Shown here: positions 28,227 to 40,551 of the stretch, piece by piece
Position numbering within the stretch: position 1 is the stretch's first letter
How the letters are laid out: each line of letters starts with the position of its first letter
NCBI GenBank assembly: GCA_905199855.1
Contig: CAJKHY010000003.1
Coordinates: 6,823-70,822 of the forward strand
DNA length: 64,000 nucleotides
Source of the DNA: an uncultured Clostridium sp.
Lineage (GTDB): Bacteria; Bacillota_I; Bacilli_A; RF39; UBA660
Direction of reading: 5' to 3'
Notes under the pieces: generated by a model
What the model was told of the DNA's origin: nothing
What the model saw: the letters and a program-made list of their open reading frames with translations, nothing else
Databases searched by the model: none
Program-made: the position numbers and the translations under genes

Positions 28227-29339
28227 ATGAAATTTATTATCAAGAAAGAATATTTAATTGAGGGGTTAAATAATGTTTCAAAGGCTATTTCTTCAAAAAA
28301 TTTAATTCCTATATTAGCTGGGATAAAATTTGAGTTAAAAAAAGATGGACTTTATTTAAGTGCTAGTGATACTGATATTTCTATACAGTCATTTATTAGT
28401 AATGAAAAAATTAGTGAAGTAATTGAGTTAGGTAGTATTGTTATATATGGAAAGTATATTGTGGAGATAATTAGAAAGTTACCTAATGTGGATATATCTA
28501 TTGAAGTTTTAGATGGTTTTAAAATGTTGATTACTACAGATAATTCTTCATTTAATTTAAATGGGATAAATCCTAATGAATTTCCTAATTTATATTTAGA
28601 AGAAACTAAGGAACCAATTGTTTTGAAGAATAGTGAGCTAAAGGCTTTAATTAATAAGGTAGCATTTGCTACTTCACCTAGTGAGAGTAGACCAATTTTA
28701 ACTGGGATTAATTTTATTATAAATGGTGATAATTTGGAAGTTCTTGCTACTGATTCATATCGTTTGGCTAAATATAGCATAAATATTGATAAATTTAATA
28801 GTAATTCAGTTAATTTAGTAATACCATGTAGAAATTTATTAGAATTGATTAAAATTATTGATGATAATGGAGAAATTGAGATGCATTTATTTAACAATAA
28901 GGTGTTATTTAAATATAAAAATATTTTATTTCAGTCAAGGTTATTAAGTGGAACTTATCCTACTAATTCTAGTGTTATTCCTTCAAATTTTGAAATCCAA
29001 ATAGATGTTGATGTTAATGTGCTATATGAGATGATAGATCGTGCAAGTTTGTTAACTAGTGATAAGGATAAAAATACAATTAAGTTAATGCTTAATAAAA
29101 ATGAATTAGTAATTTTATCAAATAGTCCTGAAATAGGAAAGGTTGAAGAAAAACTTAGTTTAGTAACAGATAAGGAAATTGACATATCATTTAGTTCTAA
29201 ATATATGATGGAGGCTTTAAGAAGTTTTGAAGCTGAAACTGTTACTATTTGTATGAATAATGATATTTCTCCAATTGTTATCAAATCAACAGATGATAAT
29301 AATTTAGTTCAATTATTATTACCAATTAAGACATATTAG
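28227..29339 (+). CDS. dnaN: DNA polymerase III beta sliding clamp
   Basis: 370 aa, three-domain DnaN pattern, conserved position. Confidence 0.9.
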   Translation: MKFIIKKEYLIEGLNNVSKAISSKNLIPILAGIKFELKKDGLYLSASDTDISIQSFISNEKISEVIELGSIVIYGKYIVEIIRKLPNVDISIEVLDGFKMLITTDNSSFNLNGINPNEFPNLYLEETKEPIVLKNSELKALINKVAFATSPSESRPILTGINFIINGDNLEVLATDSYRLAKYSINIDKFNSNSVNLVIPCRNLLELIKIIDDNGEIEMHLFNNKVLFKYKNILFQSRLLSGTYPTNSSVIPSNFEIQIDVDVNVLYEMIDRASLLTSDKDKNTIKLMLNKNELVILSNSPEIGKVEEKLSLVTDKEIDISFSSKYMMEALRSFEAETVTICMNNDISPIVIKSTDDNNLVQLLLPIKTY

Positions 29340-29366
29340 TTGAATTTAGGCCGAAAAAGTTAATTT

Positions 29367-29393
29367 TTTGGTTTTTTTCGACAAAATTCGACA
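29367..29393. promoter_or_regulatory. three direct repeats TTCGACAAAA/TTCGACAAAA/TTCGACAATA at 10-bp phasing; each contains the reverse complement of the Spo0A box TGTCGAA
   Basis: Seen directly at 29367-73, 29377-83 and 29387-93; ~70 bp upstream of the comK-like start, right after the dnaN terminator hairpin. Confidence 0.5.
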
Positions 29394-29462
29394 AAATTCG
29401 ACAATATGTGTGTGTTAAAGTACAAGCCATATATATTTATATATATGTTTGGAGGTGATATA

Positions 29463-29930
29463 ATGGATTATTTTATTACGCAAGAGACATTACTTATTAT
29501 GCCAATTACGAAAACACAGACTAAGATATTAGAAAATGATAATGTCATGTTTGTTGATTCTAAAACATTCAAAATTGTAAATGATAATTGTAAGTTATAT
29601 GGAAGTACTTATTTGAATAGAGTAGAGTTTAGTAAAACAATACTTAAGTGTAGATGCAAAATGCCTATAATTTTAGATAATGATGGAAATATAATACTTT
29701 TTCCAACAACTTCTAAGCGTCAAGAACATTGTGCATGGTTAAATTATAATAATATTAAGTCTTATAAAGAACAGGGTTCAAAAAACGTAGTTGTTACCTT
29801 TTTAAATGGTATTAAGATTGTTATTAATATGTCATATTATACATTTGAGCACCAAATAAATAAATGTCATAGATTAAAATTGGATTATTTGGAAAAAAAA
29901 GTTTCAATTGTATACAAAAATGCCAGATAA
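29463..29930 (+). CDS. comK: ComK-family competence transcription factor-like protein
   Basis: Blocks IILFPTTSKRQEHCAWL and VVVTFLNGIKIVINMSYYTFEHQI align with B. subtilis ComK IFLFPTLSSTRPQCGWI and TEVTFSNGKTMELPISYNSFENQV; GGAGGTG RBS. Confidence 0.65.
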   Translation: MDYFITQETLLIMPITKTQTKILENDNVMFVDSKTFKIVNDNCKLYGSTYLNRVEFSKTILKCRCKMPIILDNDGNIILFPTTSKRQEHCAWLNYNNIKSYKEQGSKNVVVTFLNGIKIVINMSYYTFEHQINKCHRLKLDYLEKKVSIVYKNAR

Positions 29931-29949
29931 AACTGGCATTTTTTTTTTA
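29922..29949 (+). terminator. rho-independent terminator after the comK-like gene
   Basis: GCCAG-ataaaa-CTGGC followed by a T-run of 10. Confidence 0.6.
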
Positions 29950-30033
29950 TATGTGATATAATTTATGTGGGTATGATTAGGGATACTAAGTAATTAGAAA
30001 AGGTGAAAAAATGAGCAAAAAATATAATTTAAA

Positions 30034-33077
<3,044 letters not shown>

Positions 33078-33089
33078 GAGGTGTAGAAA

Positions 33090-35684
33090 ATGGATAATGA
33101 TAATAATTTAAACGAACTATTGAATATGGCAATGAATGACAATGATGTGGATAACAAAGAGGTAGATAATAATACGGATGTTGAGAATGTTGATGATGAG
33201 ATGGTAAATACTGATTTTGGTGGAACATTTCATGAACATGATAGTTTAACTGAGAATAATATAGTTGATGAGGTAAGCAAGAGTTTTTTACAATATTCTA
33301 TGAGTGTTATTACTTCAAGAGCATTGCCTGATTTGCGTGATGGATTAAAGCCTGTTCATAGGAGAATTTTGTGGAGTATGTTTTGTTCAGGTTATACTCC
33401 AGATAAACCTCATAGAAAATCAGCAAAGACTGTTGGTGAGGTTATGGGTAATTACCATCCACATGGTGATTCTTCAATATATGAAGCAATGGTAAGAATG
33501 GCTCAAGATTTTAATGAGCGATATTTACTTATTGATGGACATGGTAATTTTGGTAATATTGAGGGTGATGGCGCGGCGGCAATGCGTTATACTGAATCAA
33601 GGTTATCTAAACTTTCACTAGAATTGCTTAGGGATATTAAGAAAAACACAGTTGATATGACTAAGAATTTCGACGAATCTTTGGATGAGCCAACGGTATT
33701 GCCTAGTAGGTTTCCAAATATTTTAGTTAATGGAACAATGGGTATCGCGGTAGGTATGGCCACAAATATTCCTCCTCATAATTTATGTGAGGTAATTGAT
33801 GGTTGTATAGCATATATAGATAATCCTGATATTGATACTTTAGGTTTAATGCAATATATTAAGGGGCCTGATTTTCCAACTGGTGGTATTATTTTAGGAA
33901 ATTCTGGTATTCGTAAGGCTTATGAAACTGGTCGTGGTTCTATTACGATTCGTAGTAAAGCTATAATTGAGGAAGGTACTAATCATAGTAATATAATTAT
34001 TACTGAGGTTCCATATGGTGTTAATACAATGGAGCTAAAGAATAAGGTGGCAGAATTGGTTAGGGATAAGGTAATTGAAGGTATTTCTGATTATCATACT
34101 GATTTGAAGGATGGTGTGAAGATTACAATTACTTTGAAGCGTGATGCTAATCCTCAAGTTATTTTAAATAATTTATATAAGCATACTAATTTGCAGGTAC
34201 AATATGGAATTATTTTCTTAATGATAGATAATAAGACACCAAGAACTTTAGGGTTAAAGGATATTATTGCTAAATATATTGATCATCAAAAAGAAGTTAT
34301 TATAAGGCGTACAAATTTCGATTTGGAAAAAGATGAGAAGCGTGTGCATATTTTAGAGGGGTATAAGATAGCTCAAGATAATATTGATGAGGTTATTAAT
34401 ATAATTAAGACTGCTAAAACAGATATTATTGCTAAGGAAAAGTTAATGTCAAGGTTTGGGCTTACTGATATTCAATCTGATGCTATTTTGGAATTGAAGT
34501 TACGTCGTTTAACTGGTCTAGAAAGAGATAAAATTGAGACTGAGTTAAGGGATTTGTTGCTTGAAATTGAAGATTTACGTTCTATTTTGGCTTCAAATGA
34601 AAAGATTCTTAATATTATTAAGGAAGAGCTGTTGGAGGTTAAGTCTAAATATGGTGATGAGAGAAGAACTAAAATTGATATGACCGCAATTGATTACATT
34701 GATGATGAGTCTTTGATACCTGAAGAGAATATTGTTGTTACTTTGACAGGAAAAGGTTATATTAAGAGATTACCTGTGGATACTTATAAAACGCAAAATC
34801 GTGGTGGTGTAGGTATTAAGGGTATGAGTACGAATGACGAAGATTATGTGGAAAACATGATTGAAGCTAGTTCTCATGATTATATATTATTCTTTACTAA
34901 TAATGGTAAGGTTTATCGTATTAAGGGTTATGAGATACCAGAGTATAGTAGGCAGTCAAAGGGGTTACCAATTATTAATTTGTTAAATTTAGAGAAAAAC
35001 GAAAAGGTTGCTGCTTTAATTAGGATTGCTAATGACGATGAGAGTAATAATTTAGTTTTTGCTACAAAGAGTGGTTTAATTAAGAGGACTGCAATTAGTG
35101 AATTTAATAATATTAGAAATAATGGTAAAAAATTTATTACTTTGCGCGATGATGATGAGTTAATATCTGTTGAAAAGACTACTGGCGATAACGATATATT
35201 AATGGCTTCTTCTAATGGTAGAATGGTTCGTTTTAATGAGAATTCTATTAGAGTTATGGGTCGCGGAGCTGCAGGAGTAAGAGGTATTAATTTAGAAGGT
35301 GGATTTTTGGTTGGTATGTCTAAGGCTGTGGATAATCAACAAGTATTGGTTGTTACTGAAAGGGGTTATGGTAAAAAAACTGATATTAGTGAGTATCGCA
35401 TTACTAATCGTGGTGGTAAAGGTGTTAAGACTTTAAATATTACTGATAAGAATGGATCAATTGTAGCATTTAAAACAGTAAATTGTAATAGTGATTTAAT
35501 GATTATTACTAATGAGGGTATTGTGATTAGATTAGATATAGATAAGATTTCTACTATGAGTCGTGTAACTCAGGGTGTAAAGCTTATAAATCTTAGGGAA
35601 AATCAATGTGTATCTTCAATAGCTGTTGTTGATAAGATAATTGAGGATGATTCTAATGTTGATGATGAAGTTACAAATAATTAG
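33090..35684 (+). CDS. gyrA: DNA gyrase subunit A
   Basis: Active-site region [11 protein letters not shown]; QRDR-like segment [15 protein letters not shown]; C-terminal beta-pinwheel repeats. Confidence 0.95.
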   Translation: MDNDNNLNELLNMAMNDNDVDNKEVDNNTDVENVDDEMVNTDFGGTFHEHDSLTENNIVDEVSKSFLQYSMSVITSRALPDLRDGLKPVHRRILWSMFCSGYTPDKPHRKSAKTVGEVMGNYHPHGDSSIYEAMVRMAQDFNERYLLIDGHGNFGNIEGDGAAAMRYTESRLSKLSLELLRDIKKNTVDMTKNFDESLDEPTVLPSRFPNILVNGTMGIAVGMATNIPPHNLCEVIDGCIAYIDNPDIDTLGLMQYIKGPDFPTGGIILGNSGIRKAYETGRGSITIRSKAIIEEGTNHSNIIITEVPYGVNTMELKNKVAELVRDKVIEGISDYHTDLKDGVKITITLKRDANPQVILNNLYKHTNLQVQYGIIFLMIDNKTPRTLGLKDIIAKYIDHQKEVIIRRTNFDLEKDEKRVHILEGYKIAQDNIDEVINIIKTAKTDIIAKEKLMSRFGLTDIQSDAILELKLRRLTGLERDKIETELRDLLLEIEDLRSILASNEKILNIIKEELLEVKSKYGDERRTKIDMTAIDYIDDESLIPEENIVVTLTGKGYIKRLPVDTYKTQNRGGVGIKGMSTNDEDYVENMIEASSHDYILFFTNNGKVYRIKGYEIPEYSRQSKGLPIINLLNLEKNEKVAALIRIANDDESNNLVFATKSGLIKRTAISEFNNIRNNGKKFITLRDDDELISVEKTTGDNDILMASSNGRMVRFNENSIRVMGRGAAGVRGINLEGGFLVGMSKAVDNQQVLVVTERGYGKKTDISEYRITNRGGKGVKTLNITDKNGSIVAFKTVNCNSDLMIITNEGIVIRLDIDKISTMSRVTQGVKLINLRENQCVSSIAVVDKIIEDDSNVDDEVTNN

Positions 35685-35864
35685 TAACTTCTTTTTTTAG
35701 AAGAAATGTTTGTGTTTTTTTACAAAATGTATTTTATTTATTACAAAAATTGTGGATAACTCATATTTATTAAACCAAATTAGGGATATTATTTAGTTAA
35801 ATAAATGTGGAAAGAATAATTTTGTTATTAAATGAGTGATTATATAGTAGCCTTATTAAGAATA

Positions 35865-36010
35865 ATGTTTCACGTGAAACATAGTATAATCTCAATAAAA
35901 TATATAGAGTTAGTATTATAATTAATGTTTCACGTGAAACATAGTATAACCTCAATAAAATATATAGCGTTAATATTAAAATTAATGTTCCACGTGAAAC
36001 ATAGGGCGTA
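35865..36010. repeat. 2.4 copies of a 60-bp tandem repeat, each carrying the 18-bp perfect palindrome ATGTTTCACGTGAAACAT followed by TAGTATAAT
   Basis: Palindromes at 35865-82, 35925-42 and 35985-36002 (third has 1 mismatch); the units differ at only a few positions. Confidence 0.9.
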
Positions 36011-36142
36011 GTTAAAATTAATTATATGGACATATATAGGATAAAAACTAAAAGAGAATATTAATATTTTTGTGTGGATAAATTTTTATTTTTTTTATAT
36101 AAATGCTTGATTTATTTTTATAATTAATGTATATTATTTATT

Positions 36143-36224
36143 GATGCAACAATAATGTTGAAAATGAGTCAGGATCGGGAGATAGCAGCTATAACAACCT
36201 CTTATTGTGTGCATCTTTTTTTTT
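36143..36224 (+). ncRNA. ffs: small signal recognition particle RNA (4.5S/scRNA-type)
   Basis: GUCAGGAUCGGGAGAUAGCAGC matches SRP domain IV consensus GUCAGGUCCGGAAGGAAGCAGC, with a compensatory pair and GNRA tetraloop. Long imperfect hairpin GAUGCAACAAUAA…UUAUUGUGUGCAUC followed by a T9 terminator. TTGATT-17-TATATT promoter upstream. Confidence 0.75.
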
Positions 36225-36348
36225 GTAGTAATGTAGATAAGTGTTTTTTACATATTAATGAACAAATGTTTTCTATAAAAAAATATTGACATAGTATATA
36301 CTTTTTGATATACTATAAAGTTATATAGATAGTAGTGGGTGGTAAGTT

Positions 36349-36777
36349 GTGGATAACTATTATATGAACTTAGCTATTAAGATGGCAAGGTTTGCTTATA
36401 TGAGAAATGAAGTTCCTGTTGGCGCGGTTGTTATTAATTGTGATAATAATATGGTTACAAAGGGGTATAATCAAAAAAATTCTTCTAAATTGGTTACTAA
36501 GCATGCTGAGATAATAGCAATTGAACGAATGTGTAAAAAAATTGGTGATTGGCGTTTAAGTAATTGCGTTTTATATGTAACATTAGAACCTTGTTTGATG
36601 TGTATTGGTGCAATAATTGAATCACGTATTAAAAAAGTAGTTATAGGATGTAATAATAGTCATAATCGAGATTTAATTGACATATTGAAAAAAAATAAGA
36701 TTGAGGTTGTGGAAAATGTTTTGAGTAATGAATGTTGTATGATTTTAAAAGACTTTTTTAAAGCAAAAAGAAAATAA
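36349..36777 (+). CDS. tadA: tRNA-specific adenosine deaminase TadA (CDA fold)
   Basis: HAEIIAIE…TLEPCLMCIGAI zinc-binding motifs; position upstream of dnaX as in B. subtilis. Confidence 0.8.
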   Translation: MDNYYMNLAIKMARFAYMRNEVPVGAVVINCDNNMVTKGYNQKNSSKLVTKHAEIIAIERMCKKIGDWRLSNCVLYVTLEPCLMCIGAIIESRIKKVVIGCNNSHNRDLIDILKKNKIEVVENVLSNECCMILKDFFKAKRK

Positions 36778-36822
36778 TCTTCATTTTTGTGTTATAATTA
36801 ATTTGATTGGAGGTTTGATAGT

Positions 36823-38520
36823 TTGAAATATTTAGCTTTATATCGTAAATATAGACCTTCTAGGTTTGAGGAAATATCTGGACAAGAAGGTGTAGTTGGT
36901 GTTTTAAAGAATGCTATTAAAACTGGACGTATTTCTCATGCTTATTTGTTTTGCGGTCCACGTGGAACAGGTAAAACTACTACGGCAAAGTTACTTGCTA
37001 AGATGGTTAATTGTACTAATCCAATTGATGGAGAACCTTGTGGAAAATGCGAAAGTTGTTTGAGTATATTTAATAATACTAATGATGATATTATTGAGAT
37101 TGATGCTGCTTCTAATAATGGTGTAGATGAAATTAGAGAGTTGAGAGATAAAATTAATTTAGTTCCATCTAATTCAAAATATAAGGTTTATATTATTGAT
37201 GAAGTACATATGCTTACTGTTGGAGCCTTTAATGCCTTGCTTAAAACCTTGGAAGAACCACCTAGCCATGTAATCTTTGTTCTTGCTACTACTGAGACTT
37301 ATAAGGTTCCACTTACAATTTCTTCTAGATGCCAAAAATTTAGATTTGATAAAATAACTGTGGATAACATAGTAAAAAGGCTTGAAGAAATTTGTAATAT
37401 TGAAAAAATAGTTGTTTCTAGTGATATTTTGAATGAAATAGCGCGTTTGGCAGATGGTGGGATGAGGGATGCTATTAATTTATTAGATCAGCTTGTTAGT
37501 TATAAGGGCAATGATATAACTATAAATGATGTTTATGATATTACAGGTCTTGTTTCTTATGAAATAATCTATGAATTGTTGTTAAGCAGTTATAATAAAG
37601 ATATGTCATCAATAGTTAAAATATTAGATGATATTAATTATAGTGGGAAAAATATTTCTAAATTTATTGAAGAAATTATATTGTTTTTAAAAGATGTACT
37701 TGTTTATAAGAATATTACTGATTATTCTTTAAATTTGGATAAACTTAACAAAGTTAAAGAAATTAGTGATTTGTATGATAATAATTTAATTTATAATTAT
37801 GTTAATGAATTAAATAATGTACTTAATAATATTAAAAATTCCAGTTATCCCTTGCTTCTTTTAGAAGTTGCTTTGATAAAATTAGTTAATTTAGAAAAAA
37901 AAGAAGAATCTATTTTAGAAAAAGTCAATGTCAAGGAAAGTAAAAATAATGTAAAAGCAGAGAAAAATACTAGTAATATGTCTATAAAAAATGATATAAT
38001 TAAAGAAGATGTTTTTCCTAAATTATCTAATGAAGAATTGAAGCATATCAGTTATTTAAAAGAAGTTAGGGTAAACAATGCTTTTGTAAGTGCAAATAAA
38101 AGTTTGCTTAACAAATTTAAAGAAAAATGGTCCCTTGTATTTGAATATTTGACAAATGATAAGTATGAGAATATTGTAGGATTACTTAAGGATGTTAATG
38201 TTGTTGTGGCAGGAAAAGAGAATTTAATATTTCAGTCAAAGTTTTCTTCAGTAGCGGCATCTTTGAATAGTCAAAGTGAATTATTAAGTGAATTATTTTA
38301 TGAAATATATGGTGTTAATTATAAAACTATTGTACTTAGTAACAGCGAATGGGATTATGAGAAAAAAAAGTATATTGATAATTTGAATAATAAATATGTA
38401 TATGAAATGAAGGTGGAAAAAACTAAGGGACAGAATGATATTAAGTATGAAAAAAGTAGTAATTTAGGTGCAAATGATTTAGTAGATATATTAGGGGCAG
38501 AGGTTATTGAATATAAGTAA
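36823..38520 (+). CDS. dnaX: DNA polymerase III subunit tau/gamma
   Basis: TTG start with GGAGG RBS; Walker A GPRGTGKTT; Zn module CGKCESC; SRC motif. Confidence 0.9.
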   Translation: MKYLALYRKYRPSRFEEISGQEGVVGVLKNAIKTGRISHAYLFCGPRGTGKTTTAKLLAKMVNCTNPIDGEPCGKCESCLSIFNNTNDDIIEIDAASNNGVDEIRELRDKINLVPSNSKYKVYIIDEVHMLTVGAFNALLKTLEEPPSHVIFVLATTETYKVPLTISSRCQKFRFDKITVDNIVKRLEEICNIEKIVVSSDILNEIARLADGGMRDAINLLDQLVSYKGNDITINDVYDITGLVSYEIIYELLLSSYNKDMSSIVKILDDINYSGKNISKFIEEIILFLKDVLVYKNITDYSLNLDKLNKVKEISDLYDNNLIYNYVNELNNVLNNIKNSSYPLLLLEVALIKLVNLEKKEESILEKVNVKESKNNVKAEKNTSNMSIKNDIIKEDVFPKLSNEELKHISYLKEVRVNNAFVSANKSLLNKFKEKWSLVFEYLTNDKYENIVGLLKDVNVVVAGKENLIFQSKFSSVAASLNSQSELLSELFYEIYGVNYKTIVLSNSEWDYEKKKYIDNLNNKYVYEMKVEKTKGQNDIKYEKSSNLGANDLVDILGAEVIEYK

Positions 38521-38542
38521 TTAAAGAAAGGAAGATGTTATT

Positions 38543-38839
38543 ATGAATATGCAAGCAATTATGAGACAAGCTCAACAAATGCAAAGTGAAATTATGAAAA
38601 TACAAAAGGAGTTAGAAAAAACAGAATACGAAGGAAATTCTTCGCTGGTTACAGTTGTTTTGAACGGAAAAAAGGAAATGTTAAAGTTAACTATTAAAGA
38701 TAAAGAAAATTTAAACAGTGATGATATGGATATATTAGAGGATATGGTAGTTGTGGCTTTTAATGAGGCTATGAAAAAAGTAGATGTTGACAAAGAAAAA
38801 AAGTTAAGTAAATATCAAGGGTTAGCAGGTATGATGTAA
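38543..38839 (+). CDS. ybaB: nucleoid-associated protein YbaB/EbfC
   Basis: 98 aa; dnaX-ybaB-recR synteny; typical N-terminal MNMQAIMRQAQQMQ. Confidence 0.85.
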   Translation: MNMQAIMRQAQQMQSEIMKIQKELEKTEYEGNSSLVTVVLNGKKEMLKLTIKDKENLNSDDMDILEDMVVVAFNEAMKKVDVDKEKKLSKYQGLAGMM

Positions 38840-38840
38840 G

Positions 38841-39437
38841 ATGTATCCTAAAAATATTAAAGATTTAATGGAATGTTTTGAGTTATTACCTGGTATTGGT
38901 GAGAAAACAGCAGAAAGGTTAAGCTTTTCTTTGATTAATTTTGATAAGGATAAATTAACTGAGTTTGCTGATTCAATTATTGGTATTAGAGATAATATTA
39001 AAAATTGTAAGATATGTAACAATATAACTGATAAAGATATATGTTATATATGTGAAAATAGAAATCGGAAAAATGGGACGATTTTTGTTGTGGAAAATCC
39101 TAAAGATGTTATTTTGTTTGAAAAATTGGGTATTTATAAAGGTGAATATCATGTATTGGGTGGTTTAATTTCACCGCTTGACGGAATAAATCCTGAGGAT
39201 ATTAGTGTAGATAATTTAATTGAGAGAATTAAGAATGGAAAATATACGGAAATTATTGTGGCTTTGAAACCTAGTGTTGAAGGTGAAACGACAGTGCAAT
39301 ATATTAAAAAAATGCTTGAAGGATATGATATTAAAGTTAGTAAAATTGCTAGTGGAGTACCAATTGGTGCTGAGATAGAGTATATTGATCCTATGACTTT
39401 AGAAATGGCTTTGGAAGAGAGAAAATATTTATCATAA
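38841..39437 (+). CDS. recR: recombination protein RecR
   Basis: HhH N-terminus; C4 zinc finger CKICNNITDKDICYIC; Toprim. Confidence 0.9.
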   Translation: MYPKNIKDLMECFELLPGIGEKTAERLSFSLINFDKDKLTEFADSIIGIRDNIKNCKICNNITDKDICYICENRNRKNGTIFVVENPKDVILFEKLGIYKGEYHVLGGLISPLDGINPEDISVDNLIERIKNGKYTEIIVALKPSVEGETTVQYIKKMLEGYDIKVSKIASGVPIGAEIEYIDPMTLEMALEERKYLS

Positions 39438-39476
39438 TAGTAAGAAAGTAACATAGTATTTACTGGGTGAATTATT

Positions 39477-39665
39477 ATGTTAAAAAAAATATTTAAATTA
39501 GTTAAAAAGATTGTTGTATCTGGTTTGGTAATATATGCTTATAATGTGTTGGCTACTCCTATAAATGCGACAATTCCAATTAATTTTATAACACTTTTTA
39601 CAGTGGCAATATTAGGTATGCCATGTTTAGCAGGTTTTATAATTTTGATGCTTATTTTTTATTAA
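39477..39665 (+). CDS. small membrane protein, BofA-like (pro-sigma-K processing inhibitor) by position and shape
   Basis: 62 aa, two TM helices, …ILGMPCLAGFIILML C-terminus; follows recR as bofA does in B. subtilis. Confidence 0.4.
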   Translation: MLKKIFKLVKKIVVSGLVIYAYNVLATPINATIPINFITLFTVAILGMPCLAGFIILMLIFY

Positions 39666-39678
39666 AGATGGTGATTTT

Positions 39679-40548
39679 ATGTTGGATGATTACAAAGATG
39701 GACAAGTTATATTTTATAATGTACTTAGTATGGCAATAAAAAACAATAAAATATCACATGCTTATTTGTTTGAAAATAAAGGAAATGATAAATATATAGA
39801 AATCATTTTATCATTTGTTAAGGCTATTTTGTGTCCAAATAATTATTTTAATAACGAAAAATGTGGAGAATGTTTGCAATGCTTGAGAATTGAAAATGGT
39901 AATTATCCTGAAATAAAAATTATTAAACCTGAAGGAATGTGGATAAAAAAAGAACAATTAATGGATTTGCAAGAAGCATTTAATAAAACAGCAATTGAAG
40001 GTAGTAAAAGAATATATATAATTTTGGAATGCGAAAAATTAAATAAGCAGGCAGCTAATTCAATTTTAAAATTTTTAGAGGAACCAAATGATGATATTAT
40101 TGCTTTATTAGTTACAAATAATAAGGATTTAGTATTAGATACTATTAAATCTAGGTGTCAAGATATATTGATCTTAGCTGATAATGAAGTTAATTTTGAC
40201 TCGTTGATGATTAATGATGTTCTAGATTTTATTAGAGTATTAGAAAATAAGAAAAAAGATACTATTATATATGCTAAACCTTTATGGCTTACTAAATTTA
40301 AGGATAGAAATAGTTTTATAAAAGCCATAGATATTATGATATATTTTTATAATGATGTTTTACTTTTTAAATTAGGTTGTGATTTAAAATATTTTAATAA
40401 TTATTATGATGATGTTACTAATATTAATGGTTCTATTGATGAGATTATAAAAAAAATAAAAATTTTGATAGAAAATGAATATTTAATTAGGTACAATTTA
40501 AATTTGAATTTACTTATTAATAAAATAATTATAGAATTTGGAGGTTAA
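39679..40548 (+). CDS. holB: DNA polymerase III delta-prime subunit
   Basis: 289 aa; degenerate AAA+ with a Zn-module-like CGECLQC. Confidence 0.75.
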   Translation: MLDDYKDGQVIFYNVLSMAIKNNKISHAYLFENKGNDKYIEIILSFVKAILCPNNYFNNEKCGECLQCLRIENGNYPEIKIIKPEGMWIKKEQLMDLQEAFNKTAIEGSKRIYIILECEKLNKQAANSILKFLEEPNDDIIALLVTNNKDLVLDTIKSRCQDILILADNEVNFDSLMINDVLDFIRVLENKKKDTIIYAKPLWLTKFKDRNSFIKAIDIMIYFYNDVLLFKLGCDLKYFNNYYDDVTNINGSIDEIIKKIKILIENEYLIRYNLNLNLLINKIIIEFGG

Positions 40549-40551
40549 TGT

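Larger units (their letters stand above)
35751..36356. promoter_or_regulatory. secondary DnaA-box cluster: three perfect TGTGGATAA boxes in the same orientation within 600 bp
   Basis: Boxes at 35751-59, 36073-81 and 36348-56; the last overlaps the tadA start codon. Confidence 0.6.

Noticed and set aside
35865-36010. Tandem palindromic repeat as a possible CRISPR array
   Set aside because: Only 2.4 copies with a 60-bp period, essentially no unique spacers, no cas genes anywhere in the window, and the repeats are perfect palindromes with promoter-like tails. Not CRISPR.
35685-36348. rRNA operon expected after gyrA (as rrnO in B. subtilis)
   Set aside because: No 16S/23S-like sequence. The interval instead contains DnaA boxes, the 60-bp repeat and a small SRP RNA.
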